DNA of 64,000 nt from Phycisphaerae bacterium (GCA_963666835.2 CAXXGO010000005.1:64001-128000), one strand, 5' to 3'; shown: positions 28,505 through 39,416, counted from the first letter of the stretch. The notes: generated from the sequence alone by a model not told the origin. Translations and numbers: made by a program.

Positions 28505-31500
28505 TCAAGGGGTGCCGATCGCCCAGATCTCCACGTCGTCGACATTCCAGCCGCTGTAGAGCCAGCTACTGTCCGTCGTACCCATCGTCCACCGCAGATA
28601 CACCGTACCCTCACCGTCCGCCACGGCCGAGATGTCGTACTCCATCTGGCTCCAGGCGGAATCGGTAACCTCGGCGGAGTTCTCCCAAACGGTCGTCCAA
28701 GTGCTGCCGTTGTTGCTTACCCGCAGGTAAGCGTGGTCGTACCTGGGCTGCTCGACATTCAGCCAGCGCCAGAACTTGACCGTGACATCGGTCAGGTTGG
28801 TGCAGTCGATTGCGGTCGAGGTCAGGTTTGTCTCGGCGAGGTTGTTGGTGTAATCGCCGGACAGGTTGTAGCCGTATACGTTGCTGCCGGTATACCCGCT
28901 ACTCGGGTCGGCGTTTCCATGGGAAGCCCCGCCACTTCCGGTCGGCTGTCCCCAGGCCCATTGGCCCGCGGTCGTCCATCCCGGATCAGTGTCCATGTTC
29001 CACGAATACTTGACCGCCGGTCCCGCGACACAGGTGTCGGAGATCTCATCGCAAGTCTGCCCCGGACACGGATCCGATCCCGGTTGGCAGAGGTTGCTGA
29101 CGCAGGTTTCCGCGCCGTTGCAGAACAGGCCGTCGTCGCACTCCGCATCACCGGTGCAGGAGATGGCCGCCGTTACGTCCACGGTAATGTCGTCGACCGC
29201 CATATCGCTGCGATAGCTGGTGCCGGTGACTCCGTGGAAGCGGATGGTGATCGTCTTGCCGACGTAGGCGGTCAGATCGACGGTCGCCTCGTACCACGAG
29301 TTGCCTTGATTCCCGGACAGGCTCCATACATTCGTCCAGCTTGTGCAATCTTCGGATACCTCGACGTTCAGCGTGCCCATCGACGTTCCGTACATGTGAT
29401 ACCAGAAGGTCAGCTCTACCTCGCTGGTATTGGCCAGATCGAAGCACGGGCCCTCGAGCAGGGCCGTCTTGCTCGGGTAGTTCGGGCTCGACGACTCGGT
29501 GTAGACATAATACGACCCGCCGTGGGCCGCGGAGGGACCGGTGCTGCTCGACGACGTCGAACCGCTCTTTCTGGTCCAGTCCATGTCATCGCCCGTCATG
29601 TTGACCCAATCGCCGAAGCCGCTTTCGAAACCTTCAGTATAAGGATACGAGGAGACGGTGACCTCGCACTCGTTGAAGCAGACCCCGTCGACACAGGTGT
29701 CCGTCGTACAAGCGTTGTCGTCGTCACAGTCCTCGTCTTCCACGCACTCGACTGACTCGCACGTGTCGGTTTCTTCGTTGCAGTATTCGCCCGATTCGCA
29801 CGGCTCAACTCCCGCCTGGCAGTCATTGACCGCATCGCAGGTCTCGGTTCCGTCACACCACAGGCCATTGTCGCAGTTAGCGTCGTTGGCCACGTTGTCA
29901 CACGAATCCGTCGACTCATTACACGAATCATCCGTGCAGCTCACGCCGTCGTCGCACGGGTCGGTTCCTGCCTGGCAGCCGTAGACCGCATCGCAAGTCT
30001 CGGCTCCGTCACACCACAGCCCGTTGTCACAGTTGGCGTCGTTAGCGATGTTGTCGCACGAATCAGTGCCTTCGTTACAGGAATCGTCCGTGCAAGCGAC
30101 GCCGTCGTCGCAGTCGATTGCCGTACCGGCTTGGCATCCGTAAACCGCATCGCAAACCTCGACCCCGTCACAGAACACGCCATTGCTGCAATAGGCACTG
30201 TTGGCGACGTTGTCGCACGAGTCGGTGGTTTCGTTGCACGAGTCATCCGTGCAGGCTACACCGTCATCGCAGTCTACGGCGGTACCGGATTGGCAGTCGT
30301 AGACGGCGTCACAGGTCTCCGTTCCGTCGCACCACAGGCCGTTATCGCAGTTGGCGTTGTTGGCGACGTTATCACACGAGTCCGTAGCTTCGTTGCACGA
30401 GTCGTCTGTGCAAGCCACGCCGTCATCACAGTCTATGGCGGTGCCGGCTTGACAAGAGCCACCGACGCAGGTTTCGGCGCCGTTGCAGTACAAGCCGTCA
30501 TCGCAGTCCGAATCATCATCGCACCCCGGACTTCCGCCGATCGCCCAGATCTCCACATCGTCAATGTTCCAGCCGCTGTACAGCCAGCTTCCATCGGTCG
30601 TCCCCATGGTCCAACGCAGGTAGACCGTTGCCTCACCGTCCGCCACGGCCGAGATGTCATACTCCATCTGGCTCCAAGAGGAATCGGTGACCTCGGCCGT
30701 GTTCTGCCAGACTGTGGTCCACGAGCTTCCGTCGTTGCTGACCCGCACGTAGGCGTGGTCGTATGCGGGCTGCTCGACGTTCAGCCACCGCCAGAACTTC
30801 AGCGTGACCTCGGTCAGATCGGTACAATCGATCGCGGTCGAAGTCAGGTTGGTTTCCGCGAGGCTGTTCGTGTAGTCGCCGGACAGGTTGTAGCCGTATA
30901 CGTTGCTGCCGGTATATCCGCTACTGGGGTCGGCGTTTCCGTGGGCGTCGCCGCCGTCTCCGGTCGGTTGACCCCAGGCCCACTGCCCTGCGGTTGTCCA
31001 CCCCGGATTGGAGTCCATGTTCCACGAGTACTGCGCACTCGCTGCCCCGACGGCCAGGCTGACCGGTCGAGTCGTATCACCGTCATGGTCGGTAGTGTTC
31101 ACGAAGCTGACGGTGTCCGTGTAGCTGCCGACGGCCAGCGCATCCGCGTTCGAGTTGAAGGACACGGTTACGGTGGCGGTAGCGCCTCCGGCCAAGTATC
31201 CGCCGGTGTTGTCGAGCGATACCCATGCTTCCCCGTTGGATACGGTGTAGTTAATACCGGTGCTGCCCTGGTTCTCTATTGTGTAGACTGTGCTACTGGG
31301 CGTGAACGGTCCGCCGGCCGGCCCGGAGGAATCGAGCCCGGCGGCGGGCGTTACTTTCATACCACCGGCGCCCGGCACTAGCGTATCCACGGACGCGGCT
31401 CCGGTGCTGCTGGGATCCAACCAATCACTCAGCCGAGAGGAAGAACTGCCCCCGCCGTTCCACGACGTGTAGACTCGTCCATACCAGTCCGAGCTGTCAT

Positions 31501-32767
31501 TCCCGCATGCTGCGTAACCCCCGTGCAACTGCCCGATGACGTGGTGGTTCTGATCGAACAAGGGCGAACCGGAGGATCCTCCTTCGGTTGTTCCCACGTC
31601 CCAGTCCGTAATTCGGATATGCGTTCCGTCGCCGGGGACGGCGGTTTGTAGATACGATGTAACGGTAGTCGAGTCGTACTCGAAGCTGATCCGCTTCTCA
31701 TCGCAGCTTGGATGGTGGATTGCAACGGCCGTGGTCGCATCGGCTCCGGTCCGATCCCAACCGGCGAAGGCAACTCCCCAGGACGGATCAGGATCCTCGT
31801 CCAATTCCACAAGGGTGAAGTCGGACGTGCTGTACTCGGCCCGCAGGTACGAGCCCGATTGGAAGTCGCTCAGACTGCCGTCCGGAGTGCCGCCGCACGT
31901 CGATGTCTCGTAGTTCCAGTAGACTACGAGGGATGCCGCATTGGACGATCTGATCTCGCAGTGGTACGCCGTTTGGAAGTAAGGCGTCTCATCCTGTGCG
32001 GTGTTGTTGACCATGAACCCGGTGCAGAACCTGCTGCCTCCGGTGGAGATGACGCCTACAGAAGCGATCTCGTCCTCCCAGCCGTCGCCCTCCGGGCAGA
32101 CTACATCGACGTTGCACGATCCGGAACGAACGGCCTGGTCTACGAGTTCGTCGAAACCCCGGTATCCGACGTTGATGGACGTCAACTCGAGTTCGAGTTC
32201 TCTGCGGGACCCTGCTGGGATTATGACCGCCACGACGACCTCGTCGGCAGGGATAATCGGCGTCCAGAGCTCGCCGTGTTCGGCATTATCATCCGCCGTA
32301 AACGGACGGACGATGTGACTGCGGTCTGACGCGTAGACTTGCAGCGTGCCGCCTTCCGGCATGTGGTAACGCGTAAACCCGAGGTTCAGGGACGTAGCAC
32401 CCGGGGAGGTCACGCGCAGCCGCCAGACCATCGCTCCGCGGCGGGTAGTTACCCAAGCCCCGTCGGTATCGGGTGTTATGAACACCTCGCGCGGAATCGC
32501 AAACCGCGGGGGCCTTCCGGCCTCCGCCTGCTCAGCGTCCTCGATTGCCACCGCTTGCAGGTCTACGGCTTCAGCCTCTCGGATCGGAATGTCGCGGAGA
32601 ACATCCGGCACGCCGAAGGCATCCGTCACTACGGGATCATCCAGGGTCAGATCGACAACCTCAGCCTGGACCCAAGATGAAGGAAACACGACCGCAGCGC
32701 AGACGGCCAGTAGTGCGACCGGCAACAACGGGCCGCCCCTCTTCATAGGTACTCGCTTGCGTCTCAT
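28505..32767 (-). CDS. Secreted S1 (trypsin-like, lysyl-endopeptidase/API-type) protease, 1420 aa, with BACON-like, jelly-roll, Cys-rich and MAM domains
   Basis: SGSCNVDVVCP, CTGFMVNN, TAYHC, DFTLVEL, IHHP, TTEGGSSGSPLF, GQLHGG; C-terminal ~480 aa shared with the S8 genes. Confidence 0.92.
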   Translation of the reverse strand: MRRKRVPMKRGGPLLPVALLAVCAAVVFPSSWVQAEVVDLTLDDPVVTDAFGVPDVLRDIPIREAEAVDLQAVAIEDAEQAEAGRPPRFAIPREVFITPDTDGAWVTTRRGAMVWRLRVTSPGATSLNLGFTRYHMPEGGTLQVYASDRSHIVRPFTADDNAEHGELWTPIIPADEVVVAVIIPAGSRRELELELTSINVGYRGFDELVDQAVRSGSCNVDVVCPEGDGWEDEIASVGVISTGGSRFCTGFMVNNTAQDETPYFQTAYHCEIRSSNAASLVVYWNYETSTCGGTPDGSLSDFQSGSYLRAEYSTSDFTLVELDEDPDPSWGVAFAGWDRTGADATTAVAIHHPSCDEKRISFEYDSTTVTSYLQTAVPGDGTHIRITDWDVGTTEGGSSGSPLFDQNHHVIGQLHGGYAACGNDSSDWYGRVYTSWNGGGSSSSRLSDWLDPSSTGAASVDTLVPGAGGMKVTPAAGLDSSGPAGGPFTPSSTVYTIENQGSTGINYTVSNGEAWVSLDNTGGYLAGGATATVTVSFNSNADALAVGSYTDTVSFVNTTDHDGDTTRPVSLAVGAASAQYSWNMDSNPGWTTAGQWAWGQPTGDGGDAHGNADPSSGYTGSNVYGYNLSGDYTNSLAETNLTSTAIDCTDLTEVTLKFWRWLNVEQPAYDHAYVRVSNDGSSWTTVWQNTAEVTDSSWSQMEYDISAVADGEATVYLRWTMGTTDGSWLYSGWNIDDVEIWAIGGSPGCDDDSDCDDGLYCNGAETCVGGSCQAGTAIDCDDGVACTDDSCNEATDSCDNVANNANCDNGLWCDGTETCDAVYDCQSGTAVDCDDGVACTDDSCNETTDSCDNVANSAYCSNGVFCDGVEVCDAVYGCQAGTAIDCDDGVACTDDSCNEGTDSCDNIANDANCDNGLWCDGAETCDAVYGCQAGTDPCDDGVSCTDDSCNESTDSCDNVANDANCDNGLWCDGTETCDAVNDCQAGVEPCESGEYCNEETDTCESVECVEDEDCDDDNACTTDTCVDGVCFNECEVTVSSYPYTEGFESGFGDWVNMTGDDMDWTRKSGSTSSSSTGPSAAHGGSYYVYTESSSPNYPSKTALLEGPCFDLANTSEVELTFWYHMYGTSMGTLNVEVSEDCTSWTNVWSLSGNQGNSWYEATVDLTAYVGKTITIRFHGVTGTSYRSDMAVDDITVDVTAAISCTGDAECDDGLFCNGAETCVSNLCQPGSDPCPGQTCDEISDTCVAGPAVKYSWNMDTDPGWTTAGQWAWGQPTGSGGASHGNADPSSGYTGSNVYGYNLSGDYTNNLAETNLTSTAIDCTNLTDVTVKFWRWLNVEQPRYDHAYLRVSNNGSTWTTVWENSAEVTDSAWSQMEYDISAVADGEGTVYLRWTMGTTDSSWLYSGWNVDDVEIWAIGTP

Positions 32768-33056
32768 CCTCTAATCTCCTTCGAAAGTGATGATACCACC
32801 CCGCGCTACAAGGGCAGGGAAACAACGAGATCGAAACCACGTGAAAGAGCCGAACACGCGCAACGCAGAACACTCCGGCACGACCGCATCCTCCGTGAGA
32901 CCGCCGCACAGTGACCGACCCTGAGCAGAGTAGCATTCTAGACGAATGAGAATCCGCGGGTCAACAAAATAATCGGTCTGGATGAGCGTTGAAGATCTCG
33001 AAGAACGAACACCGGTCCGGACTATTATGGCGTTCGCATAAATGCGCGTAACCCGC

Positions 33057-33142
33057 TGTAGCGCCACCACTCGTGGGTGGCGGCACCTCGTTGATGGTAT
33101 TGATAGTGCGCTTCAACGCCGGGGACAAGCCCCGGCGCTACA
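33057..33142. repeat. GTAG-type REP doublet (REPIN-like)
   Basis: TGTAGCGCCACC-ACTCGTG-GGTGGCG ... CGCCGGGG-ACAAG-CCCCGGCGCTACA inverted pair. Confidence 0.6.
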
Positions 33143-33437
33143 TCGATTCATGGCCTGTACTTCGCTTGGATAAATAATCCGGGCTACGCTTCGATAGTGG
33201 GTGGTGCGAGGTCGGCACAGCATCGCCGGAAGCTAAGGCCTCGTTGCAGTGCAAGGACTCGAGTCCGTCACTACTTGCCGAAGGTGCCTACTCGGGTTTG
33301 CGATTCACCTTATTAGTTGAACGAGGTTGAGAACCCCGCCGCGCCCCGGAGGTCAACATCACCGTTGCCTGTTCGAGGACGCCCGCGGTACTATGCTCGT
33401 AACCGTGTTCGGGCTCGCTGGAGTCCGGGCACTGCAA

Positions 33438-34919
33438 CTATTTACGGGTCTGGTGGTCGTGGTCACCATGGCTACCGACGACGAGAGCCGCCAGATCTGC
33501 CACCATACCCTTCATCCTTACCGCTTGGGCGTTCATCCCTTCAGAAGCGCCGGCGTTCTCTTCGGCGCTCGCGGCGTTCTGTCGCACAACCTTGTCCATT
33601 TCGCTTACAGCCCGGTTGATCTGTTCGATCCCCTGGGCTTGCTCGCTGGAGGCCGTGGACATCTCTCCCACAAGCTGGCTGACTCGCGTAGCGCTTTCCG
33701 CCACTCTCGTGAAGGACTCGCTGGTCCCGGCGACCAGTACGGATCCGCCCTTGACTTTCTGGACGGTGGCATCGATCAACTCGGCCGTGGTCCTTGCCGC
33801 GTCGGCGGAACGTCTTGCGAGGTTACGCACTTCCTCGGCAACAACTGCGAAACCGACGCCGGCCTCCCCGGCACGGGCCGCCTCGACGGCGGCATTCAAG
33901 GCCAGCAGGTTGGTTCGGAACGCGATCTCGTCGATGGTCTTGACGATTTTGGCCGTCTCCTTACTCGCGTTGGAGATGTCGTCAATGGAGTGCGTCAGGT
34001 TGGTCATCGAAGCGTTGGCATTATCGACCACTCTGTCGACGTCCGTCATAAGATCGTTCGCCTCTTTGGAGTATGCCGCAGTCTGCGTGGTCATGGAGGT
34101 CATCTCCTCCAGCGACGAAGAGGTTTCCATGATGGACTCTGCCTGTGCGGACGATCCCGAGGCCACGGAGTGGCTTGAAGAGGACAACTCATCGGCTGTC
34201 GTGGAGACTTGGTCGGCGACGTCCCGCAGTCCGGCCACGGCGCACATCAGCGGTTTGCTGATAGCCCGGTTGATCACCAACGCAAGAACGACGCTGACGA
34301 ACGTGCCAACGCCGATGAAACTGAACAGGATTATGATCGGGATCTTGTACGTTTCCGAGGTTGTGGAGCTGGCCTGATCGGCGCGCGCCAGATTCATTTC
34401 GGTAAGTTCGTCGAGGTACTCCCGCATCTCATCGAACTTGTCACTGGCTAGCCCTAGTGACAGCCCCGGGGCCTCCGCTTCTCCCTCCGGGCTATTCGCG
34501 ATGCGCATATCGACGACGTGTCTCGAGATCTGCTCCCACTCATCTCGTGCGTTTTCAAAACGCGGAATCAGCTCGTGCTCTGCCGCACTGTCGGCTAGCG
34601 CTTTGTATTTATCCCAGCGGGCCTTGGATTGCCCGAGGTTTGATTCATATTGCTCGAGCAGTTGCGCGAACTTGGCGGAGCCGGGTGAAGCGTAGACCAT
34701 TGAACGCTCGGCAACCAACAACTGGTACAGGTCGCGGTCCGACTCTATCAGATAGTTGATGGCGGGTAAGCGTACGTCGAAGACCTCACTGAGGCTTGTC
34801 TGGATGCCGATAATGCCTCGATAACCGACCAGGCCTACGACCAACGTGATCATGGTCATGGTCAGGAAACCGCCAATGAGCTTGGTGCTGAGCTTCAGCT
34901 TCTTGAGCATTGTTACCAT
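33438..34919 (-). CDS. Methyl-accepting chemotaxis protein (four-helix-bundle sensor)
   Basis: Two TM segments; [40 protein letters not shown]. Confidence 0.95.
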   Translation of the reverse strand: MVTMLKKLKLSTKLIGGFLTMTMITLVVGLVGYRGIIGIQTSLSEVFDVRLPAINYLIESDRDLYQLLVAERSMVYASPGSAKFAQLLEQYESNLGQSKARWDKYKALADSAAEHELIPRFENARDEWEQISRHVVDMRIANSPEGEAEAPGLSLGLASDKFDEMREYLDELTEMNLARADQASSTTSETYKIPIIILFSFIGVGTFVSVVLALVINRAISKPLMCAVAGLRDVADQVSTTADELSSSSHSVASGSSAQAESIMETSSSLEEMTSMTTQTAAYSKEANDLMTDVDRVVDNANASMTNLTHSIDDISNASKETAKIVKTIDEIAFRTNLLALNAAVEAARAGEAGVGFAVVAEEVRNLARRSADAARTTAELIDATVQKVKGGSVLVAGTSESFTRVAESATRVSQLVGEMSTASSEQAQGIEQINRAVSEMDKVVRQNAASAEENAGASEGMNAQAVRMKGMVADLAALVVGSHGDHDHQTRK

Positions 34920-35347
34920 CCTGTCTTAATGACTGCCGGTTCCGGGGACTTCTGCAGGGAAGGTCTCACGCCAAGACAACACCAGGGAGACCCTGAGGCT
35001 GGGTGGCCGCGGACCTTGTCCTCATAGCAGTATCGTCAGGGACGAGACGGCAATCGATGCTCGGCTTTCTGTGTATGAACCCTGGTCCTTCGCCGGCGAT
35101 GCAACGGCGGTAGGGCGGTGAATGGAAGTAACGGTGCGGTGACGGGAGCTTTGTGAGGCCGATAAGAGTGTGCTTCGCAGGTATTGGTTGGCGGAGCAGC
35201 AGTCCAGGATATGGCAGACGGTCCATCGTCCGCGGGGCGGCGTCTTAAGTCTATCCGACTGTTAGGGTCCTGCAAACGGACGTGCGAGGTGTGGCACCCG
35301 GCTAAGAGCGGTTGGCGAAACACGCCAACGCCGCCACGAGCTGTGGA

Positions 35348-35779
35348 TCAGTCGTCGTCGAAATCGTCGTCGGGAAAATCGTCGTCGTCCTCGAGGTCGT
35401 CGTCGAAGTCATCTTCCGGGTCGTCGTCGAAGTCGTCGTCTTCGTCGTCATCTTCGAGGTCATCGTCGAAGACGTCGTCGTCCTCGTCATCATCATCTCG
35501 CTCTTCCGAGAGGGTCGCCTCGATGATGGCGATGATCTCGCCGGAGCGTTCATGCAAGCTGGAAGGGACGAGGACCGGAAGGTGACGATACTCGCCGCGT
35601 TTGCCGGGCGAGAACATTGAAGTCTCACCGGTGCATGCGGGAATGTCCGCTTCCTCGAGGATGGAGCAGTACCAAGTGGCCTCGTCACGGTCACAGGCGA
35701 ATGCCACCGGCGTCCACGCCGGCTCGTGGTACGAAACCGGCGCGGTAGCCGAGCAATCAACGTCAAACAAATCGGACAT
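35348..35779 (-). CDS. DUF2007-like small protein with poly-Asp/Glu tail
   Basis: WTPVA...EA...CSILEEADIPA...VLVP; ~50-aa acidic C-terminus. Confidence 0.6.
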   Translation of the reverse strand: MSDLFDVDCSATAPVSYHEPAWTPVAFACDRDEATWYCSILEEADIPACTGETSMFSPGKRGEYRHLPVLVPSSLHERSGEIIAIIEATLSEERDDDDEDDDVFDDDLEDDDEDDDFDDDPEDDFDDDLEDDDDFPDDDFDDD

Positions 35780-36066
35780 CGTTGACAACCTCGGTAATAG
35801 CTAAGCCTGACCGCAGTACGAACGCGCTGTTGAGCTTCGTACCGAAGGCGGCAGGCGTGTTCTGAAAACCCTTGCCCGTTGCCTCTCCTATGGCAACCGC
35901 GCTGAGTCTAGTAAGGCGACAATCGACGTCAAGCCGGCTTGACGCCGGCTCATATCGGCTTTTTTTGCGCCGCTCCGAAGAGTCCTGCGGGGGGCGTGCA
36001 GTCTCCGCAAACCTTAGTATGATGAGCAGGTGGGCGTACACTGTGGCAGGCAAGGAGCAACCGGGA

Positions 36067-36705
36067 ATGACCAACGAACCAATCCGGGCCGGCGACGAGC
36101 CGGCCGAGGGTACCCACGATGTCGAGGTGGCCGCAGAGGCAGTAACGGATGAGGTGGCCAGCGTCGCCGGTTTGCCCGGCGGGGACGGGGCGGCGATCGA
36201 GCCGGATGCGGAAACGGAGCTGTGGGCGGGGCGCACCCATTGGAAACACTATATGGGCCGATTGGTGCTGTGGGCGGCCGCAAATATTGTGGTCGCCGTG
36301 GGGATCTGGTGGCTTGCCTCGGCGGTCGAGTGGCTCGATACCGGTGGGGCGGTTTGGCTGATCATCGGCGTCATGCTTGTTTCGGGAGCCGTCGTCATCG
36401 GACGGGTGGCCTTGATAATTCTGAGCCGGCGATATCGGCTGACGTCGCAGCGGCTGTTCATCCACCGGGGCCTGCTATCGCAGACGGTCGATCAGACCGA
36501 GCTGATCCGGGTCGATGACGTCCGGGTCCACATGAGCCTCTTCGACCGCGCGTGTGGATTGGGGACCGTGGCCATCCTGTCCACGGACGCCACCGATCGC
36601 GAGATCTGCATAGAGGGCATCCGGGATGTCGAACAGGTAGCCGAGGCTATCCGGTCGCACATGCGCTCGATGCGCCGCAAGTCGCTCTTCGTCGAGAATC
36701 TGTAG
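36067..36705 (+). CDS. Bacterial PH (bPH_2) domain membrane protein
   Basis: Two TM helices, then RYRLTSQRLFIHRGLLSQTVDQTELIRVDDV...GLGTVAILSTD. Confidence 0.85.
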   Translation: MTNEPIRAGDEPAEGTHDVEVAAEAVTDEVASVAGLPGGDGAAIEPDAETELWAGRTHWKHYMGRLVLWAAANIVVAVGIWWLASAVEWLDTGGAVWLIIGVMLVSGAVVIGRVALIILSRRYRLTSQRLFIHRGLLSQTVDQTELIRVDDVRVHMSLFDRACGLGTVAILSTDATDREICIEGIRDVEQVAEAIRSHMRSMRRKSLFVENL

Positions 36706-36728
36706 ACGCGGCGAAGTTGCCGGTCCGC

Positions 36729-37844
36729 CTACTTGAGGTTCTCCGGGTTCAGCGGGGTCAGGTCGTCTACTACGAAGAGCCCGTCCTTGCGGATGAGAGT
36801 CTTGTCGAACCAGATCTCTCCTCCGCCGTGGTCGGCATCCTGCATGCAGACGATGTCCCAATGGACCGTGCTGTCGTTGCCGTTGTTGGCGTCCTCGTAT
36901 GACTGCCCCGGCGTGAAGTGGAACGAGCCGGCGATCTTCTCGTCAAACAGGGTGTCGAGCATGGGCTCGGTGACGTACGGGTTGACCCCGAGTGCGAACT
37001 CGCCGATGTACCGCGCCCCGGCGTCGGTATCGAGCACCTTGTTGAGAGCCTCGGTATTCGAGCTGGTGGCCTTGACGATCTTACCTTCGGAGAACTCGAA
37101 CCGTACTTCGTCGTGTACCGTGCCCTGGTAGACGGTCCGGGCGTTGTATTGCAGAACTCCGTTGACGCTGGTGCGGACCGGTGCGGTGAAGACCTCGCCG
37201 TCGGGGATATTGTGCCGCCCGTCGCACTGCACGACCGGGATGTCCTTGATAGAGAACGTTAAGTCGGTGCCCGGGCTGACGATTCGCACTTGGTCGGTGT
37301 CCGTCATCCTTTTGACGAGCGGCTTCATGGCGTTGGACATGCGAGCGTAGTCCATTGTACACACGTCGAAGTAGAAGTCCTCGAACCCGTCGGTGCTGCG
37401 GTTGGCCTGTTGAGCCATGGCGGAGTTCGGCCAGCGCAGGACGACCCAGCGGGTTTTCGGTACGCGAATGTCCAGGTGAACGCGTTTCCACACGGTCTTT
37501 TGATATCGCCCGTGGTCGTCCGGCGGAACGTCGGAAAGCTCGGCGATGTTCTCGCTGCCGCGCAGGCCGATGTAGGCGTTCACGTTGCCCATTCGCAGAG
37601 CCTCGGTGTCGGCCCACAGGTTCATCTGCGCGTCGCTGCTGTTTCGGATGAGCGCCCGATTAACGCGGTTGCTCTTGAGGGTGACCAGGGGGTCGGCTCC
37701 GACGGCTCGGGCGGCGCGGATCAACTCGCAGGTCATCTCGTCCGGAACGTCGATGGCCTCGATGAGGATCTTCTCGCCCTCCTGCAGCTTCGTCGAGTGG
37801 TTGATTAGGACCTCGGCCAGCTTCGTCATCCGCGGATCGATCAT
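36729..37844 (-). CDS. M29 (AmpS/aminopeptidase T) aminopeptidase
   Basis: NIPDGEVFTAP, IGEFALG, LFDEKIAGSFHFTPG, HWDIV. Confidence 0.93.
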   Translation of the reverse strand: MIDPRMTKLAEVLINHSTKLQEGEKILIEAIDVPDEMTCELIRAARAVGADPLVTLKSNRVNRALIRNSSDAQMNLWADTEALRMGNVNAYIGLRGSENIAELSDVPPDDHGRYQKTVWKRVHLDIRVPKTRWVVLRWPNSAMAQQANRSTDGFEDFYFDVCTMDYARMSNAMKPLVKRMTDTDQVRIVSPGTDLTFSIKDIPVVQCDGRHNIPDGEVFTAPVRTSVNGVLQYNARTVYQGTVHDEVRFEFSEGKIVKATSSNTEALNKVLDTDAGARYIGEFALGVNPYVTEPMLDTLFDEKIAGSFHFTPGQSYEDANNGNDSTVHWDIVCMQDADHGGGEIWFDKTLIRKDGLFVVDDLTPLNPENLK

Positions 37845-37996
37845 GGTTACTCCCTCGCGTGTTCGGGTTCGCAGTGTTCTCGAAATCGGGGGCGTTTAGT
37901 ACCGACCGCCCGAAATCCCCCGGATGGGGTAACCGGCGCGTCGGGTCCACAGCCCCTCAACAGGTGTAGCATACCCGCTCATCGCCCCGGGGAAAG

Positions 37997-38127
37997 GCAA
38001 AAAAGGGGTCGGGAGTCTTTTCTCTCCTGTCTCCCTCTGTTCTAGTGTTGGTCTGCCGTGTTCGTACCCAAGTTGTTTTGTGCGGGGCGGATATGCGCCG
38101 CGAAAAGACTCCCGACCCCTTTTTTGC
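37997..38127. repeat. REPIN/MITE-like element A1 with terminal inverted repeats AAAAGGGGTCGGGAGTCTTTTC
   Basis: Perfect ~26-bp inverted arms around an ~80-bp spacer. Confidence 0.85.
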
Positions 38128-38128
38128 T

Positions 38129-38677
38129 CTACGGGCACTCTGCAAAACGCCAGAATGTGCCTTCGTATTGCTGTGCGTTTACGTCCGGCGCGTAGATCGT
38201 CATGCTGTCGCCGTCGAGGGCGATCTCGTAGTTGCGAACCACCGTAGTGTCTTCCTCGTCTCCCTCCATCAGTTCAACGTCAGTAAGAAGCCCCGTTTCG
38301 GGGTCGGAGCCGTACATCCTCGTGATCGTAACCGTAATCGTATCCGCCCCGGCGATCTCGTAATCCCCCTCCTCACCGTACACCATTCCGATTACCCCGA
38401 ACCACTGGTAGGAGCTGTACCACACGCTGGAGATTGAGCCGGAATCAAGCCGGTGAAACACCGCGTCGGTTAACACGCCGTTGGTCCCGTAGGACCCCCA
38501 GCAACCTTCGAGGTCGTCCAGGCTTCCTTTGTGTACGACGTCCGCCGTTTCCGCGAACTCCGGATTATCGAGAACTGCCGAAAGCTCGCTCGGAATCTCC
38601 GGTTGGACCCATAAGCCGCACCCGCCGCACAACAACCAACCGGCCGCGCCAAACACGGCAAGAGTAGTCACACGCAT
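38129..38677 (-). CDS. Putative lipoprotein, paralog 1
   Basis: Lipobox-like WLLCGGC; clear homology to 38841..39404. Confidence 0.75.
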   Translation of the reverse strand: MRVTTLAVFGAAGWLLCGGCGLWVQPEIPSELSAVLDNPEFAETADVVHKGSLDDLEGCWGSYGTNGVLTDAVFHRLDSGSISSVWYSSYQWFGVIGMVYGEEGDYEIAGADTITVTITRMYGSDPETGLLTDVELMEGDEEDTTVVRNYEIALDGDSMTIYAPDVNAQQYEGTFWRFAECP

Positions 38678-38708
38678 CTTATTCTCCTTTCAGCAATGAC
38701 CGCCGGGG

Positions 38709-38839
38709 ACAAAAAAGGGGTCGGGAGTCTTTTCTCTCCTATTCCCCTCTGTTTTTGTGTTCGTCTGCCGTGTTCGTACCCAAGTTGTTCTGTGCGAGGC
38801 GGATGTGGGTCGCGAAAAGACTCCCGACCCCTTTTTTGT
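38709..38839. repeat. REPIN/MITE-like element A2
   Basis: Same arms as A1 and a similar spacer. Confidence 0.85.
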
Positions 38840-38840
38840 T

Positions 38841-39404
38841 CTACGGGCACTCTGCGAAACGCCAGAATGTGCCCTCGTATTGCGGTGCGTCCACGTCCGG
38901 TTGGTGGATCGTCATGCTGTCGCCGTCTAGGGCGACCTCGTAGCTGCTGGGGACGCCCGTTTCTCCTTCTGTCTCTCCTTCCGTTTCACCTATCAGGTCT
39001 TCAACGTCGGTCAGAAGCCCCGTTTCGGGGTCTGACACCAACATTTTAGTGAATGTGATCGAAATCGTGTCCGTTCCGGTGACTTCGTAGTTACCTTCAT
39101 CGCGGTACACTATATCCAACATCCCGAGGACCGCATCGGAGACGAATGTCACATTGACGTATTCGCCGGAATCGAACCGGTGAAAGACTACGTCGGTTGA
39201 CCTGCCCGAAGCGGTATAGGAACCCCAGCAACCTTCGAGGTCGTCCAGGCTTCCTTTGTGCGTCACTTCGGCCGTTTCGGCGAATTCCGGACTGGCGAGA
39301 ACCGCCGTAATCTCGCTGGGAATCTCCGGTTGGACCCACAAGCCGCAGCCGCCGCACAACAACCAGCCGGCTGCGCCGAGCACGGTAAGAATAGCCACAC
39401 GCAT
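38841..39404 (-). CDS. Putative lipoprotein, paralog 2
   Basis: MRVAILTVLGAAGWLLCGGCGLWVQPEIPSE...QYEGTFWRFAECP. Confidence 0.75.
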   Translation of the reverse strand: MRVAILTVLGAAGWLLCGGCGLWVQPEIPSEITAVLASPEFAETAEVTHKGSLDDLEGCWGSYTASGRSTDVVFHRFDSGEYVNVTFVSDAVLGMLDIVYRDEGNYEVTGTDTISITFTKMLVSDPETGLLTDVEDLIGETEGETEGETGVPSSYEVALDGDSMTIHQPDVDAPQYEGTFWRFAECP

Positions 39405-39416
39405 CTTAGTCTCCTT

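Noticed and set aside
15043..31381. Long + strand ORFs (432, 466, 699, 340, 416 aa) over the protease genes
   Set aside because: Antisense shadows of GC-rich repetitive coding sequence, with V/A-rich translations and no motifs
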